NCBI GenBank assembly: GCA_021203905.1
Contig: JAJQAG010000004.1
Span: 65,090 to 129,089, forward strand
DNA: 64,000 bases
Direction of reading: 5' to 3'
From: Coprobacillus sp.
Lineage (GTDB): Bacteria; Bacillota_I; Bacilli_A; RFN20; CAG-826
The translations under genes and the position numbers were made by a program. Shown in pieces: positions 30,732 through 42,245 of this stretch. Numbering within the stretch: position 1 is the stretch's first letter; every line of letters starts with the position of its first letter. Below the pieces are notes generated by a model. The model was not told where the DNA came from. It was given only the letters and a program-made list of their open reading frames with translations, and did not search any database.

Positions 30732-31393
30732 TCGAACTCAGTCCGAGATTACAAGCAATCTTTGAGATGGTTCCCAAAAGTGTCGTTGCCGATGTTGGAA
30801 GTGACCATGGGAAGCTCATTATTTCTCTTGTCGAGAATGGAGTGGCCCTTAAGGGTTATGCGATCGAGAATAAGAAAGGTCCCTACACAACGATGCTTAA
30901 CGCCATCCGTAAGAGCGGGCTCTTTGAAAAGATTACCCCTCTTCTTTCGGATGGAATCAGTGAACTTCCCCCTGATGTCTCCACTGTTGTGCTCGCGGGT
31001 TTAGGGGGTGCGACGATTATTGATATCTTAAATGAGCATCCAGAGAAGCTTCACCATGTGACCACCATTATCGTGGACGCTCACTCGATGATTAAAGAAG
31101 TGAGAGAGTTTATCTGCGAGAATGGTTATGTCATCTCTGATGAAAAGATTGTCAAAGAAGATGATATTTACTATGAAATAGTAAAGTTTACGAGAAGTGA
31201 ACAAGCAATCTATAGTGAAGAAGACTTTGAATACGGCCCCATCTTAAGACAAGAGAAGGGGATCTTATTTAAAGAAAAGTACGAGAGAAGAGTGAAACAG
31301 ATCGAAGAGATTATGGATTCTCACTCTCTTCCTGAAGCCAGGATCGCCGCGCTTAAGAGTGAACTAGAAAAGATTAGAAGTGTCATTGAATGA
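30728..31393 (+). CDS. trmK: tRNA (adenine22-N1)-methyltransferase TrmK (YqfN family)
   Basis: SAM-MTase motif DVGSDHG. Conserved position after sigA. Confidence 0.8.
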   Translation: MIELSPRLQAIFEMVPKSVVADVGSDHGKLIISLVENGVALKGYAIENKKGPYTTMLNAIRKSGLFEKITPLLSDGISELPPDVSTVVLAGLGGATIIDILNEHPEKLHHVTTIIVDAHSMIKEVREFICENGYVISDEKIVKEDDIYYEIVKFTRSEQAIYSEEDFEYGPILRQEKGILFKEKYERRVKQIEEIMDSHSLPEARIAALKSELEKIRSVIE

Positions 31394-32163
31394 AAACTAA
31401 ATTACTTGTCACTAAGCTTGGAAAACAGTTCCCTAAAAGAATTGCCAAAGAGAATAACGACTTTGTCGGTTTAATGTGTGGGAAGCTCAAAGAAGAGACG
31501 AAAACGATTGTTCTCTGTCTCGATTTTGATGATGTCGTTTATGAAAAGATGATGAAAGATGGATCAAAGCCTGATCTTATTCTCACCCATCATCCTTTTA
31601 TTTATGGGACGAAAAAATATGTCTTAGAACATGACCCAGTTAAAAGAGAACTTTTTCATAAGATGGAAAAGTTAGATATTCCAATCTATAGCCTCCACAC
31701 TCCCTTTGATACCGGAAAAGGGGGAATGAATGACGCATTAATGGAAGCTTTAGAGATGGAAGATATCCACCAAGATGAAACGGAACCCATGATGAGAGTG
31801 GGAAGACTAAAAGAAGAGATGGAAGTTCATGAGTTTGTGAGATATGTCAAAGAGAAACTTCATCTTCCCTATGGTTTACTCGTTCATAGTGGTAGTGACA
31901 TAGTCAAGCAAGTCTCCCTTATCGCGGGTGGGGGAAGCCGGGAGTGGAATATCGCTATGGCTAACGGCAGCGATATCTATATCTCTGGTGACGCTCCTCA
32001 TCACATGAGAAGAGATATCGTTCTAAATAATTTCAATTATTTAGACTTACCCCATGAAATCGAGAGAATCTTTATGCCCACGATGAAAAAAATCCTTCTC
32101 GGATTTGATAGTTCTTTAAATATTGTCTGTTATGATCACGAAGAATTACCAGAGCTAGTTTAA
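31390..32163 (+). CDS. Nif3-family dinuclear metal-center protein (YqfO-like, short form)
   Basis: THHP…, HTPFD and GDAPHH motifs. Conserved position after trmK. Confidence 0.75.
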   Translation: MKTKLLVTKLGKQFPKRIAKENNDFVGLMCGKLKEETKTIVLCLDFDDVVYEKMMKDGSKPDLILTHHPFIYGTKKYVLEHDPVKRELFHKMEKLDIPIYSLHTPFDTGKGGMNDALMEALEMEDIHQDETEPMMRVGRLKEEMEVHEFVRYVKEKLHLPYGLLVHSGSDIVKQVSLIAGGGSREWNIAMANGSDIYISGDAPHHMRRDIVLNNFNYLDLPHEIERIFMPTMKKILLGFDSSLNIVCYDHEELPELV

Positions 32164-33030
32164 TCTCGCTTCAAGGTATTCATAAATATGACTCACGAGT
32201 TTAATCGGAGTGGCCGCACCGCTCGCAATAGCGATGTGTTTTTTATCTTTAAGCTGATTTAAGGAGATATCTTTAACCCCAGAGATCTGCATAACCAAAG
32301 CATTTGGATGAGAGGATTGAGCCACTCTTGTAAGTTGATTAGAGTTCGCGGAATTTAAGTCCCCAACGATGATAATGGCATCGTAAATATCTGGTAAATT
32401 CTTAACCGCTTCTTGTCTTTCTTTAGAGACATTACAGACAGTTTCATTAATGCGACATTTGGGGTAAGCTTCTTTAATTTTGGCATAAATTTCTTGTAAA
32501 TCATCGACATTCAAAGTGGACTGATTTAAGACAAAAGGAGACTTATCAGTCAATAAATGGTTGTTTTCTAGTAGGTAGTCACCAAAGGGATGAACATGCT
32601 TAGAAATGGAGAGGGCCGCTTTACTTTCGGTGTGTTTAGGGTTCCCAATCCAGATGACTTCGTGCTTCTGTTCTACCTCTTTTCTGATGGCGTCAAAATT
32701 CTTTTTGACAATGGGGCAGATGGCATCGTAAGTCTTGATTTTATGCTTAATTGTATACTTCTCTAAATCCTGGTGATGACCATGAGCCGCAAAGATTACT
32801 ACATCCTCTTGATTCACTCTCTTTAAGAGGTGCATAAGATCCACACGATTAGATGTCAGGGTCTGAATTCCTTCTTTTTCGAGCTCATCAATGGTCTCTT
32901 TGTTGTGGACAATAGGTCCTAAGGTGTAGACATTAGAATCTGGATTCTCATCTCTTGCACTGCGGGCTAAAGCCACCGCAATAGCGACACCTTGGCAATA
33001 TCCATAAGGGTTAACTAAGTCTATTTTCAT
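32155..33030 (-). CDS. ispH: 4-hydroxy-3-methylbut-2-enyl diphosphate reductase IspH (LytB)
   Basis: Conserved Cys motifs (YCQGV, DAICPIV, CNVS) and the IVGDLNSANSNQL block. Confidence 0.92.
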   Translation of the reverse strand: MKIDLVNPYGYCQGVAIAVALARSARDENPDSNVYTLGPIVHNKETIDELEKEGIQTLTSNRVDLMHLLKRVNQEDVVIFAAHGHHQDLEKYTIKHKIKTYDAICPIVKKNFDAIRKEVEQKHEVIWIGNPKHTESKAALSISKHVHPFGDYLLENNHLLTDKSPFVLNQSTLNVDDLQEIYAKIKEAYPKCRINETVCNVSKERQEAVKNLPDIYDAIIIVGDLNSANSNQLTRVAQSSHPNALVMQISGVKDISLNQLKDKKHIAIASGAATPIKLVSHIYEYLEARLN

Positions 33031-33094
33031 ATCAAAATAGTATCATTTTCATTCTCTTCATGCATTAAGATTATACATTTTGTATAATAGAGGC

Positions 33095-33982
33095 ATGGCA
33101 AAAGAAAAAATTATTATTGGTTCCCATATTTCTCTTGCGGGACCTGACTATTATCTTGGAACTGTGAAAGAAGCTCTTAGTTATGGAGAGACGACTTTCA
33201 TGTTTTATACAGGCGCTCCCCAAAATACGATTAGAATCCCCACGGAGAGATTTAAGATTGATGAAGGACGCGCTTTAATCAAAGAAAGTGGCATCGATGA
33301 AGCTACGATTGTGTGTCACGCTCCTTATATCATTAACCCCGCTAATACAATTAATCCCTCAACTCTTGATCTCGCCAAGTCCTTCCTTTTAAGTGAACTT
33401 AAAAGAGTGAGTGATTTTCATGTCTCGATGATTGTTCTTCACCCAGGCGCTCATGTAGGTGCGGGCCCAGAAGCGGGCATCCAATCGTGCATCGATGTTC
33501 TTAACGAAGTTTTAAGTCAAGATGGAACGGATGTCAAAATCGCTATTGAGACCATGGCGGGTAAAGGGAGTGAAATCGGAGTGACCTTTGAGCAGATTAA
33601 GCAAATCCTTGATGGAGTAGAGTATCCCAAGCGTGTGGGTGTATGCCTTGATACATGTCATGTGAATGATGCGGGTTATGATGTCCATGATGTTGATGGA
33701 CTCCTTGAAGAATTTGACCGCGTCATCGGTCTTGATAAACTCTTAGTGGTTCACATCAATGATTCGAAGAATCCCATAGGCGCGCATAAAGACCGCCACT
33801 CAAATATTGGGCTTGGAGAGATTGGCTTTGAGACCATTGAAAAGTTTGTCACCCATCCTAAACTCACAAAGATTCCAAAAATCTTAGAAACTCCTTATAT
33901 AGGGGAAAAACCTCCTTATAAGAAGGAGATTGAGATGCTTGTCAATGGAAAATACGATCCAGACTGGCAAAAAGATCTATAA
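33095..33982 (+). CDS. nfo: Endonuclease IV (Nfo). The start is the ATG at 33095, and the TTG-opened ORF at 33080 is the -10 region.
   Basis: N-terminus MAKEKIIIGSHISLAG matches Nfo/YqfS (…IGSHVS…). TIM-barrel metal-ligand motifs HAPY, HPG, ETMAG and HINDS. Confidence 0.9.
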   Translation: MAKEKIIIGSHISLAGPDYYLGTVKEALSYGETTFMFYTGAPQNTIRIPTERFKIDEGRALIKESGIDEATIVCHAPYIINPANTINPSTLDLAKSFLLSELKRVSDFHVSMIVLHPGAHVGAGPEAGIQSCIDVLNEVLSQDGTDVKIAIETMAGKGSEIGVTFEQIKQILDGVEYPKRVGVCLDTCHVNDAGYDVHDVDGLLEEFDRVIGLDKLLVVHINDSKNPIGAHKDRHSNIGLGEIGFETIEKFVTHPKLTKIPKILETPYIGEKPPYKKEIEMLVNGKYDPDWQKDL

Positions 33983-33983
33983 C

Positions 33984-35030
33984 TTATAAAGATTCGATTT
34001 CTTTCATAAAGACGCTGTAAGCGTCTTTTTCTTTGCATTTAGCGACTTGTTCACCCTTTTTAAAGATGATGATATCATCACCCTCTCCAGTGATTCCTAT
34101 ATCAGCATCTTTTCCTTCTCCTATGCCGTTAACAACGCATCCCATAACCGCGACAGTGATGGGTTTATTAATGGTTTGGAGATAGTCATAGACTTGGTGA
34201 GCGAGTTTATTGACCTCAATAGTGGCTCTTCCACATATGGGGCAGGAGATAAGAGTGGGGTAGTTAGGATATAACCCCACATCATGGAGGAGTTCTTTCG
34301 CGGCAATTACCTCTCCTTTGACATCTCCCGTAATAGAGATCCTCATCGTGGATCCAATCCCCTCTAAAAGAAGGGGAGCGAGAGAAGCGCTACTTCGTAC
34401 GAGGGAGACATCACTTATCCCCGCTTCGGTTACTCCAAGATGAAGGGGATATTTATACTTTTTTGCAAGCGCTCGATAAACCTTTAAGGTTTCTTCTAAA
34501 CTTGAGCATTTTGCGCTTAATACGATATCGTAGAATCCAAAGGATTCTACATATTTAACATTATCCTTAATAGAGGCGAGTAGGGCTTTCACTCTATCAG
34601 ACTCTTTAGTGTACTTCTTTTCAATGCTTCCAGCATTAAAACCAAGTCGTAAGGGAATCCCTTTTTCTTTGGCTTTTTCCACAACTAATTTAATCTTTTC
34701 TTTGCCCCCGATATTTGCGGGATTAATCCTCACTTTATCAATGCCCTCTTCCATCGCTAGTAAAGCAAGGCGATAGTCGAAGTGGATATCCGCGACCAAA
34801 GGAAGAGAGACTTTCTTTTTGATAAGAGGAATCGCCCTAGCGTCTTTTTCATCCTTAATCGCGATCCTCATTAATTGGCAACCAATTGATGCGCACTCAT
34901 TAATCTCGTTAACGACTTCTTCGACATTCTCAGTCTTAATGTCACACATGGATTGAATAATGACATCATTATTCCCTCCAAGAGTGAGATTGGCCACTTT
35001 TATAGATCTAGTTTGTCTTCGATTATGCAT
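33984..35030 (-). CDS. ispG: 4-hydroxy-3-methylbut-2-en-1-yl diphosphate synthase IspG (GcpE)
   Basis: N-terminal RRQTRSIKVANLTLGG…IQSMCD and C-terminal CPSCGR-type cluster motifs (ISCPICGR). Confidence 0.92.
   Translation of the reverse strand: MHNRRQTRSIKVANLTLGGNNDVIIQSMCDIKTENVEEVVNEINECASIGCQLMRIAIKDEKDARAIPLIKKKVSLPLVADIHFDYRLALLAMEEGIDKVRINPANIGGKEKIKLVVEKAKEKGIPLRLGFNAGSIEKKYTKESDRVKALLASIKDNVKYVESFGFYDIVLSAKCSSLEETLKVYRALAKKYKYPLHLGVTEAGISDVSLVRSSASLAPLLLEGIGSTMRISITGDVKGEVIAAKELLHDVGLYPNYPTLISCPICGRATIEVNKLAHQVYDYLQTINKPITVAVMGCVVNGIGEGKDADIGITGEGDDIIIFKKGEQVAKCKEKDAYSVFMKEIESL
34011..34034 (+). terminator. Intrinsic terminator for nfo, lying inside the 3' end of convergent ispG
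   Basis: GACGCT-gta-AGCGTC followed by TTTTTCTTT. Confidence 0.55.
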
Positions 35031-35137
35031 AGGTTGATTATATCATATTCTTTCCCTTTCTTTGACCATAAATAAAAATGTTTTATTTATCAGTGGTAAA
35101 TGATAGAATTATTAACCGGAACAAGAGGAGAAAAACT

Positions 35138-35302
35138 ATGGCAAAGAAAGACGATCGTATTTCCTTCACCCTTAAGTGCACAGAATGTGGAGAGGAAAAC
35201 TACATCACCACAAAAAACAAAAAACACAATCCTGACAGACTCGAAGTTATGAAGTATTGTCCTCGTTGTCAAAAGAAGACTCTACATAGAGAGAAGAAAT
35301 AA
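35138..35302 (+). CDS. rpmG: 50S ribosomal protein L33. The ATG at 35138 has an AGAGGAG RBS, and the ORF-track start at 35078 is too long.
   Basis: [54 protein letters not shown], with the typical L33 zinc ribbon. Confidence 0.9.
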   Translation: MAKKDDRISFTLKCTECGEENYITTKNKKHNPDRLEVMKYCPRCQKKTLHREKK

Positions 35303-35340
35303 CTTGTTATTTCTTTCTTTTATTTTAGGAGGTAGAAACA

Positions 35341-35898
35341 ATGATTAATGTTACAGAATTAAGACCCGGTAACTACTTTGAAGAAGATGGTAATATGTAC
35401 CAAGTTCTCGATATTCTTCTCAATAAAACCGCGATGAGAAAGATGATTGCTAAAGTCAAAGTGAAGAATGTGAGAAGTGGAGCGATTAGTGAGCTCTCTC
35501 GTAATAGTGGTTATATGATTGAGACTATTCGTCTCGATAAGAGAAGCATGCAATACATCTATGATAACGGGGATAGCCTCGTCTTCATGGATCAAGAAAC
35601 ATATGAGCAAATAGAGATTCCTAAGTCTCGTCTTGAGTGGGAAATGCAATTCCTTAAAGGCGATGAAATCGTCGATATTGCTTCCTACAACGGAGAGATA
35701 CTCTCCGTTGTCTTACCCGCAAAAGTGGCACTTCAAATCACGGAGTGTGAGCCAGCGGTGAGAGGAGACACCGTGACATCTGCCCGAAAAGATGCGGTAT
35801 GTGAGACTGGAATTAGAATTAGAGTGCCTCTATTCATCAATAATGGTGAGACAGTTCTCGTTAGAACTGACACTGGTGAATATGACGGAAGAGCATAA
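35341..35898 (+). CDS. efp: Elongation factor P
   Basis: 185 aa. KPGKG-like loop region (RPGNYFE…), OB folds. AGGAGG RBS. Confidence 0.92.
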   Translation: MINVTELRPGNYFEEDGNMYQVLDILLNKTAMRKMIAKVKVKNVRSGAISELSRNSGYMIETIRLDKRSMQYIYDNGDSLVFMDQETYEQIEIPKSRLEWEMQFLKGDEIVDIASYNGEILSVVLPAKVALQITECEPAVRGDTVTSARKDAVCETGIRIRVPLFINNGETVLVRTDTGEYDGRA

Positions 35899-35912
35899 GG
35901 AGGAATGAAATA

Positions 35913-36131
35913 ATGGCAACATGGATTTGGATTATACTTCTTGTCGTTTGTGTCATCGCTGGAGGGGTCATTGGTTTCTTTATCGCCAGATGGTACTTTA
36001 AGAAACAACTCGCCGATAATCCTCCTATCAACGAGAAAATGATTCGAGTGATTTACGCGCAAATGGGTCGTACTCCTAGTGAAGCAAAGATCCGTGAAAT
36101 CATGAATTCAATGAAGAATCAAAACAAGTAA
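35913..36131 (+). CDS. yneF: UPF0154 family small membrane protein (YneF-like)
   Basis: 72 aa. N-terminal TM plus NPPINEKMIRVIYAQMGRTPSEAKIREIMNSMKNQNK, which closely parallels B. subtilis YneF. Lies next to plsY/parE as in Bacillus. Confidence 0.85.
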   Translation: MATWIWIILLVVCVIAGGVIGFFIARWYFKKQLADNPPINEKMIRVIYAQMGRTPSEAKIREIMNSMKNQNK

Positions 36132-36154
36132 AAGTTGAGATAAAAACGGAAAAG

Positions 36155-36180
36155 AAAAGGCTCCAGACGTGGAGCTTTTT
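36155..36180. terminator. Bidirectional intrinsic terminator between yneF (+) and plsY (-)
   Basis: AAAAGGCTCCA-gacg-TGGAGCTTTTT, with an A-run before the stem and a T-run after it. Confidence 0.75.
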
Positions 36181-36262
36181 TCTTATTCTCGATGAGAGAT
36201 TTTCTTATTTTTGAGTAAATTACTAAATTATTTATAAAACTACTAGAAAACTACTAATTTAA

Positions 36263-37015
36263 TTATAACCATGTCACTTTATCTTCTTCACCGCGTTTAA
36301 TTCTCTTCACATTTTCGCGGTGTTTGAGAAGTAAAAGTCCTCCCATGAGGGTGATGACAATCGCATAGACCCAATTGCAATACATGGTGATTCCCCAGGT
36401 CCCAAACAGTCCCCAATTACCCATGTCCACAGTGAGGAGTAATATCGCCCAAGTCCAGGTAAAAATGATCCCCACAATCGCGGACACAATCGATCCTAGT
36501 GAGATGTATTTTTTCGCTCCAAGAGCACTCATGAAGCTCACTCCACTGATGATAAAGAGTGCCCAGTTGGTTCCCGCTAGTCCGCCTAAGTAGTTAGCGA
36601 CTCCCTTTCCTCCACGGAAATTATAGTACACTGGATAAACATGTCCAATCTCCGCTCCGAGGAGACATAACCAGTAAACAGGCCATTCTACGATATGGCC
36701 TGCGGTTTCTCCATTTAGCATTTCTCTAGCGCTTGCCATAATCGTTGTCCCATCCACTTTAATGAAAGCGAGGATAGCCCAACATGCCCAAAGGGGGATT
36801 AAAGTCTTTGCCATATCAAGGATTACGACGATCGTACCCACTCTTCTTCCCCAGAGACGAGAGGCATTCGTACCTCCAGCATTTCCCGAGCCATAATCTC
36901 TTGGATCTTGGTGATAAACACCCTTTCCTATGGAAATGGAGATGGAAATTGACCCAATTAAATAGCCCACAATGAGGCATCCAATCGCGGCGATAATATT
37001 GTATACAATATTCAT
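36263..37015 (-). CDS. plsY: Glycerol-3-phosphate acyltransferase PlsY
   Basis: Polytopic membrane protein. Motifs …GSGNAGGTNA… and the conserved PlsY N-terminus. Confidence 0.9.
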   Translation of the reverse strand: MNIVYNIIAAIGCLIVGYLIGSISISISIGKGVYHQDPRDYGSGNAGGTNASRLWGRRVGTIVVILDMAKTLIPLWACWAILAFIKVDGTTIMASAREMLNGETAGHIVEWPVYWLCLLGAEIGHVYPVYYNFRGGKGVANYLGGLAGTNWALFIISGVSFMSALGAKKYISLGSIVSAIVGIIFTWTWAILLLTVDMGNWGLFGTWGITMYCNWVYAIVITLMGGLLLLKHRENVKRIKRGEEDKVTWL

Positions 37016-37094
37016 TTTTTTCCTGGGTCTTTCTCTAAATAATTCTAGTAAAATTATTTAAAATTTCAATGTTAATTGATATATAATTTAACCC

Positions 37095-39050
37095 ATGGCA
37101 ACCAAGAGTGACTATACCGCAAATGACATTCGTGTGCTCAAAGGTCTTGAGGGAGTAAGAAAGAGACCAGCGATGTACATTGGAAGCACCAATGCGACGG
37201 GCCTCCATCATTTAGTGTGGGAAATTGTCACTAACTCTATAGATGAAGCCTTAAGTGGATATGGAAATCGTATCATCGTCACCCTTCATAAAGATGGAAG
37301 TTGTTCCGTTCAAGATGAAGGTCGTGGAATCCCTACAGGAATCAATGATGAAGAGGGAAGAAGTGCTCTTGAATTAGTCTTCTGTGAACTCCATGCCGGG
37401 GGAAAATTTAACGATTCAGTCTATAAAACCGCTGCAGGACTCCATGGTGTGGGAGCCTCTGTTACCAATGCCCTATCCTGCTATCTCGATGTCTTAGTGT
37501 ATCGGGATGGGGAGATCTCTCATATGCATTTTGTGGATGGTGGGAGGATTGAAACTCCTCTTGAAGTTATCGGGACGACAAAGAAACACGGCACGACAGT
37601 GCGCTTCCTTCCTGATCCCACAATTTTCTCCACAATTGAGTTTAAATGGGACACGGTGAGTAATAGATTACAAGAATATGCCTTCTTGATGAAGGATGTA
37701 ACTTTCATCTTGATTGATGAGAGAATTGGCCAAAGTGCGGAGTATCACTACCCCAATGGTTTAGTGGAGTATGTCGAGACTGTGAATCAGAATAAAACTC
37801 CTCTTTCTCCAGTGATGTATTTTGATGACTTTGATAATGAGACTCAAATCGAAGTAGAGATCGCTATGCAGTATTGTAATAACGACTATAACGAAACTCT
37901 TATCTCCTATGTCAATAACGCCAGAACCGGTGATGGTGGAACCCATGAAAGTGGTTTTAAAACAGGAATCACTAAGGCTATTAATGACTTTATTGAAGCT
38001 AATAAACTCAACAAGGGAAAGCACCTAGAAGGTAGTGATGTAAGAGAGGGTTTAACTGCGATTCTATCGCTTAAAATCCCAGAAAAATACCTTCAATTTG
38101 AAGGTCAGACTAAAGGAAAACTTGGCACGAATGAAGCCTTTAATATCACCGCGAATATCGTTTCCACCAAACTCACCTATTATTTGAATGAAAACAAAGA
38201 ATTGGCCTTTAACATCATCAAAAAATGCATTGATAGTCAAAATGCCAGATTGGCGGCGAGAAAAGCCAAAGATGAAGCGAGAAGTAATAAAAAAGTCAAA
38301 CAAGACATCATTTTAAGTGATAAATTAACACCCGCTCAAAGTAAGGATTACATGAAAAATGAACTCTTTATTGTGGAGGGTAATTCTGCCGGTGGAAGTG
38401 CTAAAAAAGGAAGAGATCGTGTCCACCAAGCGATTCTCCCACTAAGAGGAAAACCCCTAAATACGGATTCTGTCTCTCTTGAAAGACTTCTTAAAAACGA
38501 AGAATTTGCCACCATAATTAACACTATTGGAGCGGGTTATGGTCAATCCTTTGACCTCGATAGTATCAAATACGGGAAGATCATCATCATGAGTGATGCC
38601 GATAGTGATGGAGCGCATATCCAGACATTACTTTTAACCTTCTTCTATCATTATATGAGACCACTAATTACTAGTGGTCACGTCTTTGTCGCGGTTCCTC
38701 CTCTCTATCGTGTTTATAAGGAAAACGGGAGTAAAACGACCGCTCAAGAATATGCTTGGGATGATGAAGATTTAGAGAAGGCGAAGAAGAAAGTTGGTCC
38801 AGGTTATAAGATTAATCGTTATAAAGGACTAGGAGAAATGGAAGATGTGGAATTAAAAGAAACCACCATGGATCCTAAGAGTAGAAGACTTATTCAAATC
38901 AATATTGAAGACCCCTTTTTAGTGGAGAAGAGAGTGGGAATCCTTATGGGTAATGACTCCTCTATGAGAAAACAATGGGTGGAAGAAAATGTCGATTTTA
39001 ATGAAGAAGATAAATTCATCAAAGAGGTGAAACATGACGAAAAAAACTGA
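37095..39050 (+). CDS. parE: DNA topoisomerase IV subunit B (ParE)
   Basis: GHKL ATPase plus TOPRIM ([22 protein letters not shown]). plsY-parE-parC synteny as in Bacillus favours ParE over GyrB. Confidence 0.85.
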   Translation: MATKSDYTANDIRVLKGLEGVRKRPAMYIGSTNATGLHHLVWEIVTNSIDEALSGYGNRIIVTLHKDGSCSVQDEGRGIPTGINDEEGRSALELVFCELHAGGKFNDSVYKTAAGLHGVGASVTNALSCYLDVLVYRDGEISHMHFVDGGRIETPLEVIGTTKKHGTTVRFLPDPTIFSTIEFKWDTVSNRLQEYAFLMKDVTFILIDERIGQSAEYHYPNGLVEYVETVNQNKTPLSPVMYFDDFDNETQIEVEIAMQYCNNDYNETLISYVNNARTGDGGTHESGFKTGITKAINDFIEANKLNKGKHLEGSDVREGLTAILSLKIPEKYLQFEGQTKGKLGTNEAFNITANIVSTKLTYYLNENKELAFNIIKKCIDSQNARLAARKAKDEARSNKKVKQDIILSDKLTPAQSKDYMKNELFIVEGNSAGGSAKKGRDRVHQAILPLRGKPLNTDSVSLERLLKNEEFATIINTIGAGYGQSFDLDSIKYGKIIIMSDADSDGAHIQTLLLTFFYHYMRPLITSGHVFVAVPPLYRVYKENGSKTTAQEYAWDDEDLEKAKKKVGPGYKINRYKGLGEMEDVELKETTMDPKSRRLIQINIEDPFLVEKRVGILMGNDSSMRKQWVEENVDFNEEDKFIKEVKHDEKN

Positions 39051-41643
39051 GAGTGAAGTAGAAGAAGAAATCGTAGAGAACATCTCAGTAGAGCCTCTTG
39101 AAGAGGTCATGGGTGATAAGTATGCGACCTATGCGAAGTATGTCATCCAAGACCGCGCTATCCCGGATGTGAGGGATGGTTTAAAGCCGGTTCAGAGAAG
39201 AATAATTTACTCCATGTGGCAAGATGGAAATCTTTATAATAAGCCCACAAAAAAGTGTGCTCACACTGTCGGAGCGGTCATGGGGACTTATCATCCTCAT
39301 GGTGATTCGAGTATCTATGAAGCCCTTTCAAGAATGAGCCAAGATTGGAAACTCCGCTACCCATTAGTGGATTTTCAAGGAAATAATGGTTCCATTGATG
39401 GGGATAGCCCCGCAGCATATCGATATACAGAATCTCGTCTTTCTAAGCTCTCTAATGAACTTGTAAAAGACCTAGAGAAAGAAACTGTCGATATGCAACT
39501 TAACTATGATGACACTCGTCTTGAGCCTGTTGTCTTACCTTCTCGTTTCCCTAATCTTTTTGTTAATGGCGCGGAAGGTATCGCTGTGGCTCTTGCCACG
39601 GAGATCCCTCCTCATAATCTCACGGAGATGATTGAAGCGACAATCTATCGTATCAGACATAAAAATGCGACGATAGAGGATATCTTAAATATTATCCAAG
39701 GACCAGATTTTCCTACAGGGGGAATCGTCTATAAGAGTGAAGGTCTTAGAAGTATCTATACCACGGGCAAAGGAAGAATTGAGATTGCCTCAAAATGTGA
39801 GATTGTCGAACAAAAGGATATCCAACAAATCATTATCAGTGAAGTTCCTTATAAGGTTGTAAAGATTAACATCGCTTATGAGATCGATAAGATTCGTCAC
39901 TCCAAAGCTATCGATGGAATATTAGAGGTCAGAGATGAGAGTGATATCTCCGGAATTAAGATTGTGGTGGATATCAAGAAGGACGCGAAAGCGGACTTAA
40001 TTTTAACCTATCTTATGAATAAGACTTCTCTGAAGACGAGCTATACCGCTAATATCGTTGCCATCGTTAATGGACGTCCAAAAACCCTTAATATCATGGA
40101 ATATCTTGATGCCTATATCGCTCATCAAGTGGAGGTCGTCACAAGAAAAACCAAATACGATTTAGATAAATTTAGTGCGAGACTTCATATTGTCGATGGT
40201 CTTATTATCGCGTCTTTAAATATCAATGATGTCGTAGACATCATTAAGAAATCTAAAGATAAAGCGGATTCAAAAGTGAATTTAATCGCCGCTTATAATC
40301 TCTCTAATGAGCAAGCGGAAGCGATTGTCACTATGCCTTTATATAAGCTCTCTCACACTGATGAGATTGCCCTAGAGAGCGAAAAGAAACAACTTGAAAC
40401 CTCCATTGATAAATGTCACCAACTTCTTGATGATCCCGAAAAACTCAATCGTCAGATCTGCTCTGACCTTAAAGAAATTGAGAAAGAATACGGGGATGAG
40501 AGAAGAACAGTGATTGAAGAAAAGGGTGAAGTTAAAGCGGTGGATAAGAGAGAACTCATCGCTAAAGAAGAGGTTGTTCTCTCTCTTACAAGAGATGGCT
40601 ACGCAAAGCGTAGTTCTCTTAAATCTTATAAATCTAGTGGGGATAATCCTCTTCCTGGTATTAAAGAAGGGGATAGCCTTATTGGTTATGCTAGGGCCCT
40701 TACCACAGATTATCTCATGGCCTTTACTAATCTTGGAAACTATATCTGTCTTCCTATCCATGAACTCGTTGAGAACAAGTGGAAAGATGAAGGTAGTCAC
40801 CTCAATAACTTCTTTACCTTTAGTAGCGGAGAAAAGATTATTAAGGGCTTAATAGTGGAGGGGATTAGAGATGACCTCTATTTAGCGGTGGTTACTAAAC
40901 TCGGACAAATCAAGAGAATGAATCTCAATCAACTCGATTGCGCGAAGCGCTCTCGACCCACAAGGATCATGAAGATCTCTCCTAGTGATGAAGTTGTGGA
41001 TATCGCGCTTCTCTCTGGTAATAGTGACCTCTTTGTCATGAGTGAGAACGGGAAGTGTAGCTTCTTTAATGAGAATGAATTAACGATCGTCTCCTCTAAA
41101 GCGGGAGGAGTAAAATCCATGAATGGTTTGGCTAAGGATTCTATTGTCTCTCTTCTCTCCTTTGATGAAAACGAGAAGAATAAAATTCTTCTCATCACGA
41201 ATAGAGGGTGTGCGAGAGTGGATGATATCTCTCACTTTACTAAGTCTCAACGACTAGCGAAACCTCAAGTCTTATTTACTTGTTTTAAGAATGATATCCA
41301 CCATTTAGTAGCCGCCATAAAGGTGACGAAGAAAGATCCTCTTAATTTAGTGATTGTCCTTAATGATGGGAAGTTAGTGAACTACACTCAAAAAGATTAC
41401 TATCTCACCGATAGCGGAAAGAACATGAAAAAGAACATCTCCTATCCCACGAAGAATAAAGTGGAGAGAGTGTTTGGTCTCGAGTTTGAAAGAATTGATC
41501 AGAATAATGTTTCTCATCCTATTGTGGAAAAGACCCCAGTCATTAAAACTCCCTCTGTTGATGTAGAGCAAGAAGATGCTTCCACAAAAGATGTTAAAGA
41601 GGAACAGATCTCTATCTTTGATGATTTTGACGACGATTTCTAA
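39034..41643 (+). CDS. parC: DNA topoisomerase IV subunit A (ParC)
   Basis: Active-site region …[11 protein letters not shown]… (catalytic Tyr). 869 aa with an acidic C-terminal tail. Confidence 0.85.
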   Translation: MTKKTESEVEEEIVENISVEPLEEVMGDKYATYAKYVIQDRAIPDVRDGLKPVQRRIIYSMWQDGNLYNKPTKKCAHTVGAVMGTYHPHGDSSIYEALSRMSQDWKLRYPLVDFQGNNGSIDGDSPAAYRYTESRLSKLSNELVKDLEKETVDMQLNYDDTRLEPVVLPSRFPNLFVNGAEGIAVALATEIPPHNLTEMIEATIYRIRHKNATIEDILNIIQGPDFPTGGIVYKSEGLRSIYTTGKGRIEIASKCEIVEQKDIQQIIISEVPYKVVKINIAYEIDKIRHSKAIDGILEVRDESDISGIKIVVDIKKDAKADLILTYLMNKTSLKTSYTANIVAIVNGRPKTLNIMEYLDAYIAHQVEVVTRKTKYDLDKFSARLHIVDGLIIASLNINDVVDIIKKSKDKADSKVNLIAAYNLSNEQAEAIVTMPLYKLSHTDEIALESEKKQLETSIDKCHQLLDDPEKLNRQICSDLKEIEKEYGDERRTVIEEKGEVKAVDKRELIAKEEVVLSLTRDGYAKRSSLKSYKSSGDNPLPGIKEGDSLIGYARALTTDYLMAFTNLGNYICLPIHELVENKWKDEGSHLNNFFTFSSGEKIIKGLIVEGIRDDLYLAVVTKLGQIKRMNLNQLDCAKRSRPTRIMKISPSDEVVDIALLSGNSDLFVMSENGKCSFFNENELTIVSSKAGGVKSMNGLAKDSIVSLLSFDENEKNKILLITNRGCARVDDISHFTKSQRLAKPQVLFTCFKNDIHHLVAAIKVTKKDPLNLVIVLNDGKLVNYTQKDYYLTDSGKNMKKNISYPTKNKVERVFGLEFERIDQNNVSHPIVEKTPVIKTPSVDVEQEDASTKDVKEEQISIFDDFDDDF

Positions 41644-41718
41644 AAGAATAATTTCTCTTATTGGTTGATAAAAAGTTAAAAGTATTAATTTTTCTTTTAG
41701 GTATGCTAAAATAAAAAT

Positions 41719-42243
41719 ATGAAGAGAGAATTGGTTCCCACATATGTCGCTAAAGATATATTTGAGATAGATTCCGCATTCTATAAAAAAATAGGGGTGA
41801 CCAATCTCTTTATAGATATTGATAATACACTAGATAGTTGTCGCACAAAGACTCCTAGTGAAAGAGTAGTAGCCCTCTTAAATACCTATAAAGACGAAGG
41901 TTTAAATGTCTATATAACCTCGAATAACTCGAAGAAGAGAGTGAGAGTCTACATGAGTGGGTTAGAAGGCTTTAAGTATATAGGAAGAGCCTTTAAACCT
42001 TGGTTGTGGAAATTAGGAAAATTTATTCGTGAGAATAACATTGACCTCGAGGAAACCCTCGTTATTGGAGATCAGGTTTATACAGATGTGAACTTCTCTA
42101 GTAGACATCATGTCCGCTGTGTATTGACCGAACCAATCGTTGAAGAAGATCAACTTATCTCTTGCTTTAATAGGTGGCGAGATCAAAGACACAGAGCGAA
42201 GCTCGCAAAGCAAAACAAATTAATTAACTGGAGGTCAGTCTAA
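41719..42243 (+). CDS. yqeG: YqeG-family HAD phosphatase
   Basis: DIDNTL (DxDxT) motif. Conserved position before yqeH. Confidence 0.8.
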   Translation: MKRELVPTYVAKDIFEIDSAFYKKIGVTNLFIDIDNTLDSCRTKTPSERVVALLNTYKDEGLNVYITSNNSKKRVRVYMSGLEGFKYIGRAFKPWLWKLGKFIRENNIDLEETLVIGDQVYTDVNFSSRHHVRCVLTEPIVEEDQLISCFNRWRDQRHRAKLAKQNKLINWRSV

Positions 42244-42245
42244 CT

